Below are positions 46,701 through 56,150 of a stretch of DNA of 64,000 bases, in pieces. The stretch is taken from positions 352,001 through 416,000 of the forward strand of contig OY820579.1 of NCBI GenBank assembly GCA_963681965.1, written 5' to 3'. The position numbers and the translations under genes were made by a program. The notes under the pieces are model-generated. The model searched no databases. It worked only from the letters and a program-made list of their open reading frames with translations, and had not been told where the DNA came from. Within the stretch, counting starts at the first letter, position 1. Each line of letters starts with the position of its first letter. Source of the stretch: a bacterium. Its GTDB lineage: Bacteria > Electryoneota > JAOADG01.

Positions 46701-46918
46701 ATCGTGTTTAATTCGTCGGTGGAACTGGGTTGACGAATCACTTCGACAGGTAAATTGGTCCGATTTTGATTCGTCAATAAAGCGTTGTTGATTAACGCTT
46801 CATTTTGTTCCTTCTCATCAGAGGAAATCGTGGCAAAAGCCGGGGTGAGTAAGCAAATCGAGAGAAGCCAAAGAATCAGTACTTGAGTAATTACATATCG
46901 TTTCGAGAGCATTTTCAA
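40715..46918 (-). CDS. giant secreted protein (2067 aa) with two FN3-like + beta-helix modules, FN3, NIDO-like and Ig-like domains
   Basis: Signal peptide; twice P.NG...L.W...YYW.VVA, then IGG...A..A....GV..GGVTFN.R.GTY.E, Tyr/Asn/Thr-rich beta-helix repeats and TPDIGADEG; no NYPNPFN CTD. TTG start with AAGGA RBS. Confidence 0.85.
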   Translation of the reverse strand: MKMLSKRYVITQVLILWLLSICLLTPAFATISSDEKEQNEALINNALLTNQNRTNLPVEVIRQPSSTDELNTIVTIGTGTTGQSYPLYKYWHYSGGAAIYTPAEIGLRGTINSISLYCGTAATWSGTGQDTVDIWMSETETASFPSPLNWNQFSVGATNVYHSTVTPTLAVGWYTFTFTTPFTYSGSNNLMVLFRAFVTTDVSGGNNWYYTATTENKFIYFYTDNLSWNTIASGGITYYASLNRPNMQLDITNSATLPGAATLVSPANGTSISTATAALSWTAGANTDNFDIYLSTNQSSVVTMNSTARIASGITATTFNAPISNNQMYYWRVVARNSTTLEVTPGLIRSFNTFQQLSGMMSIGGADADFPNFASAVLALQMGGVADGGVTFNVRGGTYYESILLQNIPNVSESNQVIFQPELEAVTISTPGTSGTTDYMVKIAGTDWVTFDGISLVDTSTSSTYKIEYGYWLTDVGGTDGAQHNTIQNCSITLHPLSTTYGIRQYSTTSATTTAGTQSYNRYLNLKIGKCYYGIYIGQGSSTYRDLDNEIGSTEQGLGFTGRMVVGQDSISGTYAIYLDSQENFWVHDLDITNHNTTGITSYDIYITTAYGIPKINGNRIFNNASNSITTTRYVKYGIYVTSGTTVTEMRIYNNMIYGLKSTSTNASAIASFYIYGTYISSISTLYLDNNSYLIDAINPTNDRYNSACVYFSTATSINMRNNIFYNSAMTPTTAKHYGVYRSGGTITSSNNNVFYIPNTTNGFVGYYSADQATLGNWQTATGQDNASASTDPVYSSVTAPYNLLIGTNLSATPVENTAQQIAWITTDIEGDTRSETPDIGADEGTFVSASAPEAPTLTSPGNGLTDISDNPIILNWSIGARTTNVDVYLSTTLTDVQNSVVGARVLSATTTTSYNLSNPPEGTWYYWKVVAHNNTGLTSSSGVWSFRTYLPPLAGIKTIGGANPSFASFAAAIAGMQLAGVGAGGVTFNIRPGTYYEAITIPNTIANVSEENQVVFQKETGTVTISTPGTSATTDYMIKLAGADWITFDGISLVDTSSGTNNVEYGIWVTDAGVLDGAQHNTFKNCSITLRAQSTTYGIRQYYTSTPSGLAGAQSYNKYLNLKIGKCYYGMYFYQTSSTYRDFETDIGSTVAGTNNPDRMVIGQDSIIGTYAVYMYNQENLTIHDLDITNHNANLASYDLYISTQGGSPKVYGNRIYNNTSYSTSTTRYAKYGMYISAGTALTDLRIYNNMIYGLKSTSANAGSIASFYIYGTYVSSVSTLNLDNNSYLIDATNPNNDLYNSACVYLSSGTSINMRNNIFYNASSTPTTAKHYGVYRSSSTITSSDNNVFYIPDNANGYVGYYTSDCAELTDWQNNTSMDQASSFGDPQFASIGSPAELHIADNMLTPVSNAGQSIAWVTTDLDGESRSATPDIGADEGIFGINDPSAPTDGNISDITFNSMRFNWTDIATDETGYRVMRSTDGINYTLLANLDVNANTYLDEGLPVTTHYWYRVYELHGLVVGPGYTSANGITGHAAAMANPTANPAIVSSGVPVTFTIDLTSTQAVTIDSVKISTNGSALAMMSYASGSLPGTATYTYSNSFTTMGTITYFCQAYYSLGIAATPLRYPTIGTVSGPLVVPAQTSGPDGSNYYYRTSLAVGGPVFAWRDIAATGTLLTGMSTYDDNGGAISLGTFTFPFYGSTVSGSIFASTNGNIQIGSTGSTSLTNAALPNSTLNAGAICLLWDDLKYGNTTPPPTYGTDFWIKSQNFSDSLFVVSYYAYRYNVPADTIAMQALIYNTGRIVVQYRTYIPSTTVLSATIGIQGATAGTNFLQYGSATTMTWPGNNFAIEYYRGVPNIAVSTSSINFGSSQANIAASQTVYVRSTGSLPLVVTNVTVPENVVPSWTSNTINAGDSLALLLTWTPIVEGSLSGNVVITSNAASSPTSIAVSGSSYILPGSPTVVIAYDVDNHNATITWVRPTGSITGYVVYRNLTGYFDPPTVGTLIATISDPMTTTYQDLGVTGSYYYRVKAYYSTESSSSIRSVDLPTTVKITPAKPVNQYRK

Positions 46919-47143
46919 TTCCTTTCGTCTTCGGAAACAGGTTACAATAACTAGTGATAACCTGTGAAATGCACAGTCTTACGATTCAGACAAACATTAA
47001 AAAATATAAGGCATGACTCACTTTTTAATTTTTCGAATATTCTTCAAATGAATACTGAATCGCCAATCGTTGACAGTGAAACCGAATGAGTGGTTTATTT
47101 GGTAAGTCGCTTACTTTAACAACAATATCGATGATTACCGACT

Positions 47144-47177
47144 GATAAATGGGCGCAAATTCATGCGCCCATTTATC
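47144..47177 (-). terminator. stem-loop 3' of the 1717-aa gene
   Basis: GATAAATGGGCGCA-N6-TGCGCCCATTTATC, a 14-bp perfect stem. Confidence 0.65.
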
Positions 47178-47189
47178 TCGATTCATCAC

Positions 47190-50100
47190 CTACTTGACCA
47201 GAACCATCTTTTTCAGATCGCTGAAAGAACCGCTTTCGATCCGGTAGAAATACACGCCAGCATTGTGACGCAATCCATCAAACCGAACACTATGTCTTCC
47301 AGCGTTCAGATTCTGATTAACTAACTGCGCTACTTGTCGACCAAGAACATCAAACACGGTCAATTTCGTCATTCCGGATTTTGGAAGATCGAACCGCAGT
47401 TCGGTCGAGGGATTAAACGGATTCGGATAATTCTGGTAGAGTTTATATTCTTTCGGTATTGCCGATAACTCGTTATCGACACCCAGCGAAACCGAAATCA
47501 ACACTGCTACAGTAATCGGAGACGGGCACCCATTGTAAGTAAAGGTGAGTGCGTTTGCCATCCAGGTATTTAGCTGCTGTGAACTATCGATCGATAACAT
47601 CACCGATATTTCACCGATCGAATGTGGATCAATTGTATTCTGTTGTGGCGAAGCACTCATCCAAGGCGCCAGTACAGTTAAACTGTATTGAAGTGGTGCC
47701 GAACCGGTATTTTGGATGACTAAATTTTCCGAAAGTGTTTGTCCCGGTTCACCATACAAAACAAACGAATTCGGTGCCGTAAAGATCGGTCGCAGCATGA
47801 ACACGTCAAACGTATCGGTTCGACCAGAATCGATCTGAATTCCAGTGATGGTTGTGCGTGCAAAGCACGGTTTCACGGCAATTAAGTCGTACAAGCCGAC
47901 ATTTGCTTCGATCGTGTATCTACCCAGTGAATCGGTAATTGATGCATTTCTACCCACTGTGACGGTAACGCCTGCTACGGGCGGCATACCGGGAATCGAA
48001 TCGCGAACAACACCAGTAATAAAACCGGTTGCACCGTTTGCGAGATTACTTTCATCGGCACCGATATCGGGTACGGTTTCGCTTCGGATTTCGTTATCGA
48101 AATCGGTAATGATGCCAAACATCGGAACGGCATTCCCTTCGACTGATGATGTCGAGGTTGGATCGATATGTAAATCCGGTGGTTCCACAAATGGCGGCGC
48201 TTCATCGAACGAGTTGGCATCGTAGTTGTACCCAGCGGTTCGCGTCGCTTGCAAAGTGTTGTAATTCACTGAATTGTACCGGATAATGAAACGATTATCG
48301 GTATTAGATGTGTCGACGTTACTGAATAGATTGTGATCGCAATACGCATATGGCGTCGTTGATGTCGGGAGATAGACGCAGACATTGTAATAACTCGCCC
48401 CACCGCCGGTTCGCTCGTTCACAATGATATTGTTTGCGATCGAATCTTGCGATGCGGAACCGACATACAAACCATAGGAACTATAACTACCGGAAGTCGT
48501 TCCACCGATTCGAATCGTATTGTAAGCGATTCTGGCAAACTCCGATCCGACATATAGACCGTAGACTGATCCACCAGTCGCCGCGTCAAGATTGACAATA
48601 TTATTTGCGATCGTTCTACCCGGTCCATAATAGAGATACAAACCGTATACCGTTCCGGTCGCACTGGGAGTTAAATTATAAATCCAATTTCCGGTGAATA
48701 TTCCGTTGGTTCCGGTGGAACCGTAAATTCCGTATAGCGCGTTTGATGCCGCAGAAGTGCGATGAACCTGATTTCCATGCACTGTCGCCGACGTGAAATA
48801 ATAGAAATACATACCGTAATAGGTAAAGTCGACGACATCGTTGTTGGCGACATACCAGCCTGATAGCTGAGTCGTTGCCGATCCGCCGTAAAGATACATA
48901 CCGTAATAACCACCAGTTACCCGGCAGTTCACGATTGAATCGTTAGCGCATCCTGGAACGCCGGTTCGATAGTAGGCATAGATGTTCTTGTACGTAGATG
49001 TAGTACCCGTTATGGTGAGATTTAAGTTTTTCGCGACACAGTTATTCGTACCGGCATCATACCACAAAGTATAGTATCCATACGTACCGACGGCATTAAT
49101 CGAAATTAAATTTTGTCCCGGAAATGCAGGATCGCTGCCATCGAAAATAATATCGTCGGCATCGGAGAATTTAAACGCATAAGGTTGAGCTGAAGTACCG
49201 GTTTTATTGATAATTACGGCACTGGTATCGGCAGCTTTGAAACAAACCCGAGAAGTCGAACTACTTCCGATAGAGGTCAAAAATTCATTCGGCTCCTCAT
49301 TGTATGTTCCGCCACGAATCAGGAATGTAACGCCTCCCTGTCCGACACCAATATTGTTCAATGCATTAACGGCTTCCGTTATTGATACAAAATCGGGATT
49401 TACACCACCGATCGTTTTTGTTCCCATCAGGATCGTCGCAATATTATATGAATGAGGAGTCGTTGGGGGAATCGTACCCGGAGGATTTGCACCACTTCCA
49501 CCAAATGGAGAAGTGACGACATTTCCAGACGTATCCTGTGCCGCGATGTAATATTGAACCACGGCATTCATCGGGTAACCGGGGATTGTAAAGGTGTAGA
49601 GTGAATCTTGAATCGTTGTGGCATTTACGAAAGACCAAGTGGTTTCATTCGATCGTTTATGATACAATCGCGGGGCATTGGCACCAGTTGCAACTCCGAC
49701 ATTGTCGGTGATGATTGCAACTGCGGCTCGCGAGGTGGTTTCCTGCGTCCGTAGCAGCGGTTCGTGCGAGATCGAGGGTCTGATCATATCTTCCCCGGTG
49801 GCAAATAACCCTTCATCGGCACCAATATCCGGAGTCGTCGCATTTCTTGTTTCACCGTCGAAATCAGTGACGACATCGAATACCGGACGTCCAGCCGATT
49901 CCACGATTGTCGGTGAATTCAACGGAATATGAAGATTTGGGGGTGCAATAAAAGTCGGAGGAATATCGAGCGATTGAGCATCCCAGACATACCCGGGTGC
50001 CCCTCGAAGATCCGACAAGGTGTTGTATGTAATAGCATTATATCTGGCAACGTACAGGTTATCGGTGGTCGATTCGGTAACCGTTGACAGGATATTATTG

Positions 50101-52343
50101 TTGCTATATCCGAAGGGATTCGCGGGCATATACATTACAACATGGTATTGAGTTGTCGTGCCACCAGTCCGCTCGTTGATGAAGATGTTGTTGACAATCG
50201 TATCGGTGTTGGCAGCACTGCTGTACAGAGCGTAAGAATTGTAACTACCACCAGCCGTTCCGGCAATGCGCACAGTATTGTGGGCAATTTTCGCATAATC
50301 GGTGGTCACGTAAAGCCCGTACATCGCCCCACCGGTCGTTGCATCCAGATTGATCATATTGTTGGCAATCAGACGTCCAACACCAGCGGTACTATACAAT
50401 CCGTATGCCGATCCGGTGGCACTCGGTGTTAAATCGTAAACCCAGTTTCCGACAAAATTTCCGCTAGTACCGGTACTGGCATAAATTCCGTACAGCGCAT
50501 TCGCTGCTGCCGAAGTCCGGTGAACGCGATTACCAAGAATGGTTGCATTTGTAAAGTAGTACAAATACATACCGTAGTAGTTGAAGTCGACGATGTTGTT
50601 GTTCGCGATATACCAACCGGTATGTGATGCACTCGAGGAACCGTAGAGATACATTCCGTAATACCCACCGGTAATTTGACAGTTCATTACGGTATCGTTC
50701 GCACACGATCCGAGAGTGGTGGAATAGTATCCGTAAATCGGTCGGAACGTCGAAGTCGTACCACCCACAGTAATATTTACATTTTTGACTTTACAATTAT
50801 TACTCCCGGCATCGATCCAGAAACCGTATTGACCACTCGTTCCGGTTGCATTCACAGTCATGAAGTTGCGATCCGGTGCATCCGGGTGGCTGCCGTCGAA
50901 TACGATATTGTCCGCATTGGCGAATTTGAATGCATACGGTTGTCCGGTCGTTCCGGTTTTATTGATAATTACTCCGAGCGTATCGGCAACTTTAAAGATG
51001 GCAGGATTATTCGGACCGGTCGTAGCAGTTATCGATATCGAGTCCGGAGGTTCATTGTAAGTACCCCCTCGAATCATGAAGGTTACTCCCGTTCCCGTAC
51101 CGGCACCATTTAACGCCGAGATCGCATCGTGTATTGTGGCGTAATCCGGATCGGTTCCTCCAATCGTTTTCACACCTTCCAATCCCGGAGTATAGGACAT
51201 GAAAGTGAACACGGTGGATGCAAAGATGTCGGGTGGAGTAACGCCAGTATCGATCGCCACCACCCGCCAGTAATACCGCGTCGATTGCAACAGTGAATCC
51301 GGCGGATCGTAAAGTGATAACGTAGTATGACTGGCAACTCTGACACTACTATCGATGTTGGTTACCAGCGTCTGATCGGTTCCTAAATAAACATCGAAAT
51401 AATCGGTACAACTACCACCGGTCCATTGAAAATTAGTTGTTACTGGCACTTGCAGAGCATTATTCAAAGGTAAATTTAGCGATACGATGTTGCAGGGGAG
51501 GTAAAACAATATTGCAGTATTGTTTGTTGGCAATGGGGCACCGTAACCCAATGAATTAACGGCATTGGCACTTTGAATTCCGATCCCCGGAGCGGTCGAC
51601 CAATCGCCAGTTACATCCCGATATTGAAGTTTGATATTCCCGTTTGGATACAGAATAATTTGTGCCGAAACGCGACCGGCAGCAGTCGAATATTTAGCAA
51701 GACTATCGTAAGTGACAACGAACATTGTGTCCGGTGAAATGAATGATTCGTATCGGACCCGCGAGTTGCCTGCTCCGGAATAGGGATAGGTACACATATC
51801 GCCGCACCAGAAATAGATACCACGCGGTCCGGTCGGTTGCGGGAATGCATAAGTTCGAAGAGTACCGGCAGCGAGCGATTCAGTCAGGTGACCATTCGTG
51901 TTGATGTAGATGCTCGAAAGAGTACCACCGTACATCGGGAACGGAAACGGCAGGTTGATCGGTCCAACCGAGTTGTCATCACCGGTAGTGAACTCAGCGC
52001 TGGTCATCTGATGTGCAGCGGTAGTATGCTGAATCCAATTGAAGGTGGGTCCATCAGTTTCAGCTTGATCTTTAAATGCGTAACCAAAAGGATCGGGTCC
52101 ACCTGTCCGCATGATAACCGGATTTTCTTGATTTCGAAGAGCGACTTCTTCTTCGTACAATCGGTAAGCGGCGAGTTTTTCCTCGGGAGTAACTGCTTCA
52201 TTATTAAACATCCGATCGACGATCGCACGAAGTTGACTTTCAGTCTCGTTCGAAGCAGATTGAGCCGATAAGTTCACCCCGAAAAGCATATTCGAGAAGA
52301 TTAGTAACGAGGCGATCACAAAATAACTTCGCAATTTTAACAT
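47190..52343 (-). CDS. giant secreted protein (1717 aa) with NIDO-like domain, two beta-helix modules, carboxypeptidase-regulatory-like domain and T9SS type A-like CTD
   Basis: GGAGG RBS; signal peptide; GGPDPFGY..D..GP.FNW; two TIGG..PD...AL...G...VTF.IRGGTYNE...PDIGADE modules; LYQNYPNPFNPST.LRFDLP...GVYFYRI...KKMVLVK. Confidence 0.9.
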   Translation of the reverse strand: MLKLRSYFVIASLLIFSNMLFGVNLSAQSASNETESQLRAIVDRMFNNEAVTPEEKLAAYRLYEEEVALRNQENPVIMRTGGPDPFGYAFKDQAETDGPTFNWIQHTTAAHQMTSAEFTTGDDNSVGPINLPFPFPMYGGTLSSIYINTNGHLTESLAAGTLRTYAFPQPTGPRGIYFWCGDMCTYPYSGAGNSRVRYESFISPDTMFVVTYDSLAKYSTAAGRVSAQIILYPNGNIKLQYRDVTGDWSTAPGIGIQSANAVNSLGYGAPLPTNNTAILFYLPCNIVSLNLPLNNALQVPVTTNFQWTGGSCTDYFDVYLGTDQTLVTNIDSSVRVASHTTLSLYDPPDSLLQSTRYYWRVVAIDTGVTPPDIFASTVFTFMSYTPGLEGVKTIGGTDPDYATIHDAISALNGAGTGTGVTFMIRGGTYNEPPDSISITATTGPNNPAIFKVADTLGVIINKTGTTGQPYAFKFANADNIVFDGSHPDAPDRNFMTVNATGTSGQYGFWIDAGSNNCKVKNVNITVGGTTSTFRPIYGYYSTTLGSCANDTVMNCQITGGYYGMYLYGSSSASHTGWYIANNNIVDFNYYGMYLYYFTNATILGNRVHRTSAAANALYGIYASTGTSGNFVGNWVYDLTPSATGSAYGLYSTAGVGRLIANNMINLDATTGGAMYGLYVTTDYAKIAHNTVRIAGTAGGSYNSYALYSSAANTDTIVNNIFINERTGGTTTQYHVVMYMPANPFGYSNNNILSTVTESTTDNLYVARYNAITYNTLSDLRGAPGYVWDAQSLDIPPTFIAPPNLHIPLNSPTIVESAGRPVFDVVTDFDGETRNATTPDIGADEGLFATGEDMIRPSISHEPLLRTQETTSRAAVAIITDNVGVATGANAPRLYHKRSNETTWSFVNATTIQDSLYTFTIPGYPMNAVVQYYIAAQDTSGNVVTSPFGGSGANPPGTIPPTTPHSYNIATILMGTKTIGGVNPDFVSITEAVNALNNIGVGQGGVTFLIRGGTYNEEPNEFLTSIGSSSTSRVCFKAADTSAVIINKTGTSAQPYAFKFSDADDIIFDGSDPAFPGQNLISINAVGTYGYYTLWYDAGTNNCVAKNLNLTITGTTSTYKNIYAYYRTGVPGCANDSIVNCRVTGGYYGMYLYGGSATTQLSGWYVANNDVVDFTYYGMYFYYFTSATVHGNQVHRTSAASNALYGIYGSTGTNGIFTGNWIYNLTPSATGTVYGLYLYYGPGRTIANNIVNLDAATGGSVYGLYVGSEFARIAYNTIRIGGTTSGSYSSYGLYVGSASQDSIANNIIVNERTGGGASYYNVCVYLPTSTTPYAYCDHNLFSNVDTSNTDNRFIIRYNSVNYNTLQATRTAGYNYDANSFDEAPPFVEPPDLHIDPTSTSSVEGNAVPMFGIITDFDNEIRSETVPDIGADESNLANGATGFITGVVRDSIPGMPPVAGVTVTVGRNASITDSLGRYTIEANVGLYDLIAVKPCFARTTITGIQIDSGRTDTFDVFMLRPIFTAPNSFVLYGEPGQTLSENLVIQNTGSAPLQYSLTVLAPWMSASPQQNTIDPHSIGEISVMLSIDSSQQLNTWMANALTFTYNGCPSPITVAVLISVSLGVDNELSAIPKEYKLYQNYPNPFNPSTELRFDLPKSGMTKLTVFDVLGRQVAQLVNQNLNAGRHSVRFDGLRHNAGVYFYRIESGSFSDLKKMVLVK

Positions 52344-53373
52344 TCTTTCCTCCAGTACTTCATCGCAGAATCAATACGGCGTTTCAACAATTATCTTCCC
52401 AGCGCTGCAGTCCCAATCGCTATTCAACTCAATATTAATAGCTTGGTTCCGACTGATCGAGCGAAGTTTAATTCATTGAATACTTTCTGAATGGATCCGA
52501 ATCAGATAGCATTTATTCTAACTACTCAGTCTCAAAACATAAACAAAAGGGATCTTGAAAAATTTCCAGCAACTTATGTGACCAGTTTCAAAGGTAATTC
52601 ACCGACATTGGTAAAAGTGATCCCGCTAGACTAGCATTCTAATGGATCAAGTTATCACAAAGAAATTTACAGTATGAACTTTTCAAAAGCAGTGTGGCGT
52701 TGTCATCGATTTAGCGAAAAGTTGAAAGAAGCATCGTTGAATTTATTGCTAATTACGCGATGTAAGTGCTTGAGTTTTGCAATTTCGTCGCAATAAACTC
52801 TCATAGTGAAAATTAACTTTTGTTTTTCTGGAGATCAAGTCAAATTTAAAAAATTATCAAAATCTTTTTTTTTTCGGCGTCTACTTTTGCATCATTGTAA
52901 CGAAGAAAGTTTTACAACATATTGGTAATTAATCTATTATATTATGTTGGGAGATGGCTTATCCGTTTTTCATTCAAGGATATGGGTGGATTTGTTTTTT
53001 AGAATATTATGTCCTCAACTCGGAATGAATAGTTCACAGTATAAATGTAATGCTCCCATCTCAGAGTGAAACAATCAAATCGCTTTCGCATTGCGCTTCT
53101 CTAATTCTTTTAATTTCATTTTCATTCTCGCGATTACATTACCTCATATATATGTATAGATGACCAATATTCAACACGATACGAGAAAGCTCAAATCATT
53201 TAAAAGAATATTTTTTTCCATATAGTGGGTCTAGGTGCAGCATTTGTAAACTTTTACAGCAGTCGGATGACGATCATTTGGTTTGCTATCGAAGCTGAGG
53301 AGGTGTCTAAAAATAGTACTTCTTAATTGCAACGGTGTCGCACCAAGATTACTTTTTGTACCTAGATCACACC

Positions 53374-54108
53374 TCACCGATTACCGACATCTTCCGGAGA
53401 AATTGTCTCTTCCGATGGTGAGGATGGCTTTTGAGGTTGATTAAAATTGGGAACAGTGCTGATTTGATCTGGTTCATAGACCCCTTGATTTTCACTCCAT
53501 GTTCGTTCCAGCGATGCTTGTCGCTCATACAAGTCCTCCGACTGTGCCAATCCCCCCTTTGCCTGCACATTATTGGGATCCAGCGACAACGCTTTTTGGT
53601 ACATCGCGATCGCTGAAGTGTAATCGTTCTCAAGTCGATACAAACTTGCAGCTTTTAAGTAATGATCGGAAGTGTTCGGATCAATGTGTATAGCTTGAAG
53701 CGCGATCAGTAATGCATTGTGATTGTCACCCAACACACGAAATAAATCGGATTGAAGTAACAGTGCCGGAATGTGATCCGGTTTGATGTGCAGTGCATCG
53801 ACGGTATACGACATTGCTTTCTGGAGTTGATTAATTTTTGAATAACACTGTGCAATTCCAGTAAGTGTAACGGGATTATTCGGTTGTTGTTGATCCGATT
53901 TCAGATATGCATTTAATGCATCGCCAAATTCGTTATTCGCGGCATAAGTATTCGCGCGAGCCAACCACGCTTCCGGCGTATCCGACAATCCTTTCCACCA
54001 ATAGAAAACGACGGTTGCCAGCAGTAACACACTTACCGGTACAACGATATACATATACCAATATTTATTCTTACCGCGTTTCGGAAGTTGGGGTGATAAC
54101 GTTAGCAT
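53374..54108 (-). CDS. membrane-anchored TPR protein, paralog 3
   Basis: K.KYWYMY + TM, DTPEAWLARAN, about 5 TPRs, acidic/Pro-rich tail; GGAG RBS. Confidence 0.85.
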   Translation of the reverse strand: MLTLSPQLPKRGKNKYWYMYIVVPVSVLLLATVVFYWWKGLSDTPEAWLARANTYAANNEFGDALNAYLKSDQQQPNNPVTLTGIAQCYSKINQLQKAMSYTVDALHIKPDHIPALLLQSDLFRVLGDNHNALLIALQAIHIDPNTSDHYLKAASLYRLENDYTSAIAMYQKALSLDPNNVQAKGGLAQSEDLYERQASLERTWSENQGVYEPDQISTVPNFNQPQKPSSPSEETISPEDVGNR

Positions 54109-54175
54109 ATCGTCTCCAGACTGATATTCGATGTTGTGCTTAGTAGTGTTTATCGATTTGAAAAGCTCATATTAC

Positions 54176-54901
54176 TCATTCCCCACTATTGATTGGTTCG
54201 GGCGGTGAATCCGAGCCGGAATATGGAGAGGGATTATAATCGGGAGTGGTTGAAATCGCTTCGGATTCGTAGCCGTTATTCAGTTGCGACCGATTCTGTT
54301 CGAGCGTTGCCTGACGCTGTCCTAATGTTGTGGCTTTATCAATACCCAGTTTCGCTTCAGCGTGGTTTGGTGCCAATTCCAGTACTTTGTGGTACATTGC
54401 CAGTGCATTTTCAAATTCACTCACATACGAGTATAAATCACCTGCTTTCAGGTATATTTCGGGATTTGAAGGATCGAGTGTCGATGCTTGAAGGATTGCC
54501 GAAATTGCCGCTTGGTTGTCTCCGGCAGCGTGTTCGGCATCGGCAAGAGCAATGTAAGCCAGAACCAGTTTAGGATTAAGACGAATCGCTTCGGTGATAA
54601 ATTTCATCGCAAAATCGACTTTGTTCAATTTCAGGTAGCAGCGTCCGATTCCGGTCAGTGCTTCGGGATTGCCAGCAGCTTTTTGATTGGATGTTTGATA
54701 TGCTTCGAGGGCATCGCCGAATTCGCGACTTTCATAATAATCATTTCCCCGATTCAACCAAGCTTCGGGTGTATCGTCCAAACTCCTCCACCAGTAAAAC
54801 GCAAGAATAATTGCGATCAGACCAAGGAGTGGAAACGCGATGTAAAGAAACCAGAACTTCGATTTCACTCCCTTTGGCATTAACGGGGTTTGGGATAACA
54901 T
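54176..54901 (-). CDS. membrane-anchored TPR protein, paralog 2
   Basis: KSKFWFLY + TM, DTPEAWLNRGN, about 5 TPRs, acidic/Pro-rich tail; GAGG RBS. Confidence 0.85.
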   Translation of the reverse strand: MLSQTPLMPKGVKSKFWFLYIAFPLLGLIAIILAFYWWRSLDDTPEAWLNRGNDYYESREFGDALEAYQTSNQKAAGNPEALTGIGRCYLKLNKVDFAMKFITEAIRLNPKLVLAYIALADAEHAAGDNQAAISAILQASTLDPSNPEIYLKAGDLYSYVSEFENALAMYHKVLELAPNHAEAKLGIDKATTLGQRQATLEQNRSQLNNGYESEAISTTPDYNPSPYSGSDSPPEPINSGE

Positions 54902-55053
54902 TTATACCTCAGTGGAAAAAAATAATATGTTCGAATACATATGGTGAATGAATTAAATGACTTATACTAACCAAGTGAATGGTGTATCGGTGGAAGATAG
55001 TGGATTATTTCGAACAATCTAATCTGAGTTTCCATTCACTTGTTTACATCACG

Positions 55054-55965
55054 TTACTCAGATGAAAGTCCCTCGTTGGATTCTTCAGGTGGAACATATT
55101 CGTGATCGTGAACCGACATGGTAGAAATGGTCTCTTTCTCGAATCCTTCCCGGGGAACATGATTTTGAAATCGCGAATAGATCGCCTGTTGTTGTTGTTT
55201 GTCAACCGATCTCGTCAATCCTTTTTTCGCTTCGGTATTATCGGGATCGAGAATTATCACCTTCTGATACATCGAATAAGAATTTTCGAATTCACTTACT
55301 CGCCAGAACAGATCGGCGCACTTTAACAGGATTGCAATATTATTCGGTTCCATTTCGGTCGCCTGAAGCATCGCAGATACTGCCGCACGCCCTTCTCCCA
55401 TCGACCATTCGAGATCGGACTGTGCGAGCAATGCTGGTGTGTACTTAGGATCGATTTTCACCGCTTCGGTAACGAACGATAGACCAACAACCGGTTTATT
55501 CAATTTGCAATAACAATTGGCGATTCCAACCAAGGTTTCCGGATTATCCGGCAAGCGTATATTCGATTTCTGATAGGCAGTCAAAGCTTCGCCGTACTCC
55601 ATGTTCCGGTAAAATGTATTCGCTCGCTCCAACCAAGCTTCAGGTGAATCCGAGAATTTCTTGTAAGTGAAGAACACAATAATTGTAATTAAACACACCG
55701 AAACCGGAACTACGAAGTAAAGAAACCAAAATCGCGAAGTGATTTTCGGTGGTAATCTCGTAGTGCCTAGTTTTACATCTGGCGGTATACCGATTGATTC
55801 ATCCGATTTGTGCTGTGCTTCGTGCGAAGATGCCGGTCGTTCATTCGGTCCCCGATTTTCTCCAACGGTCTGTGACGGCTTCCCGAAGGAAATATCTCCA
55901 GAATCGTTGAAATCTTTGAGGGGATCGTAGTCATACTTAGGAGTACCGGTCGAATCAGTTGCCAT
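55054..55965 (-). CDS. membrane-anchored TPR protein, paralog 1 (N-terminal disordered extension)
   Basis: ~65-aa polar extension, SRFWFLY + TM, DSPEAWLERAN, about 5 TPRs; GAGG RBS. Confidence 0.85.
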   Translation of the reverse strand: MATDSTGTPKYDYDPLKDFNDSGDISFGKPSQTVGENRGPNERPASSHEAQHKSDESIGIPPDVKLGTTRLPPKITSRFWFLYFVVPVSVCLITIIVFFTYKKFSDSPEAWLERANTFYRNMEYGEALTAYQKSNIRLPDNPETLVGIANCYCKLNKPVVGLSFVTEAVKIDPKYTPALLAQSDLEWSMGEGRAAVSAMLQATEMEPNNIAILLKCADLFWRVSEFENSYSMYQKVIILDPDNTEAKKGLTRSVDKQQQQAIYSRFQNHVPREGFEKETISTMSVHDHEYVPPEESNEGLSSE

Positions 55966-56150
55966 CGATACCTCGTAGTCGGAACACCAGAAAATAGGGA
56001 ATTGCCGATAACAATGAAAGTTAAATTAATCGAAAACTTAAATATTTCGGTCAAGTCATTATCCCCGGTTGTCTGTATGGGGTTTCCAACCGTATTTTGA
56101 AGCGTTTTGAAAAGATTCGTATATCTGAGAGTATAATTGGAGAATCTGCA

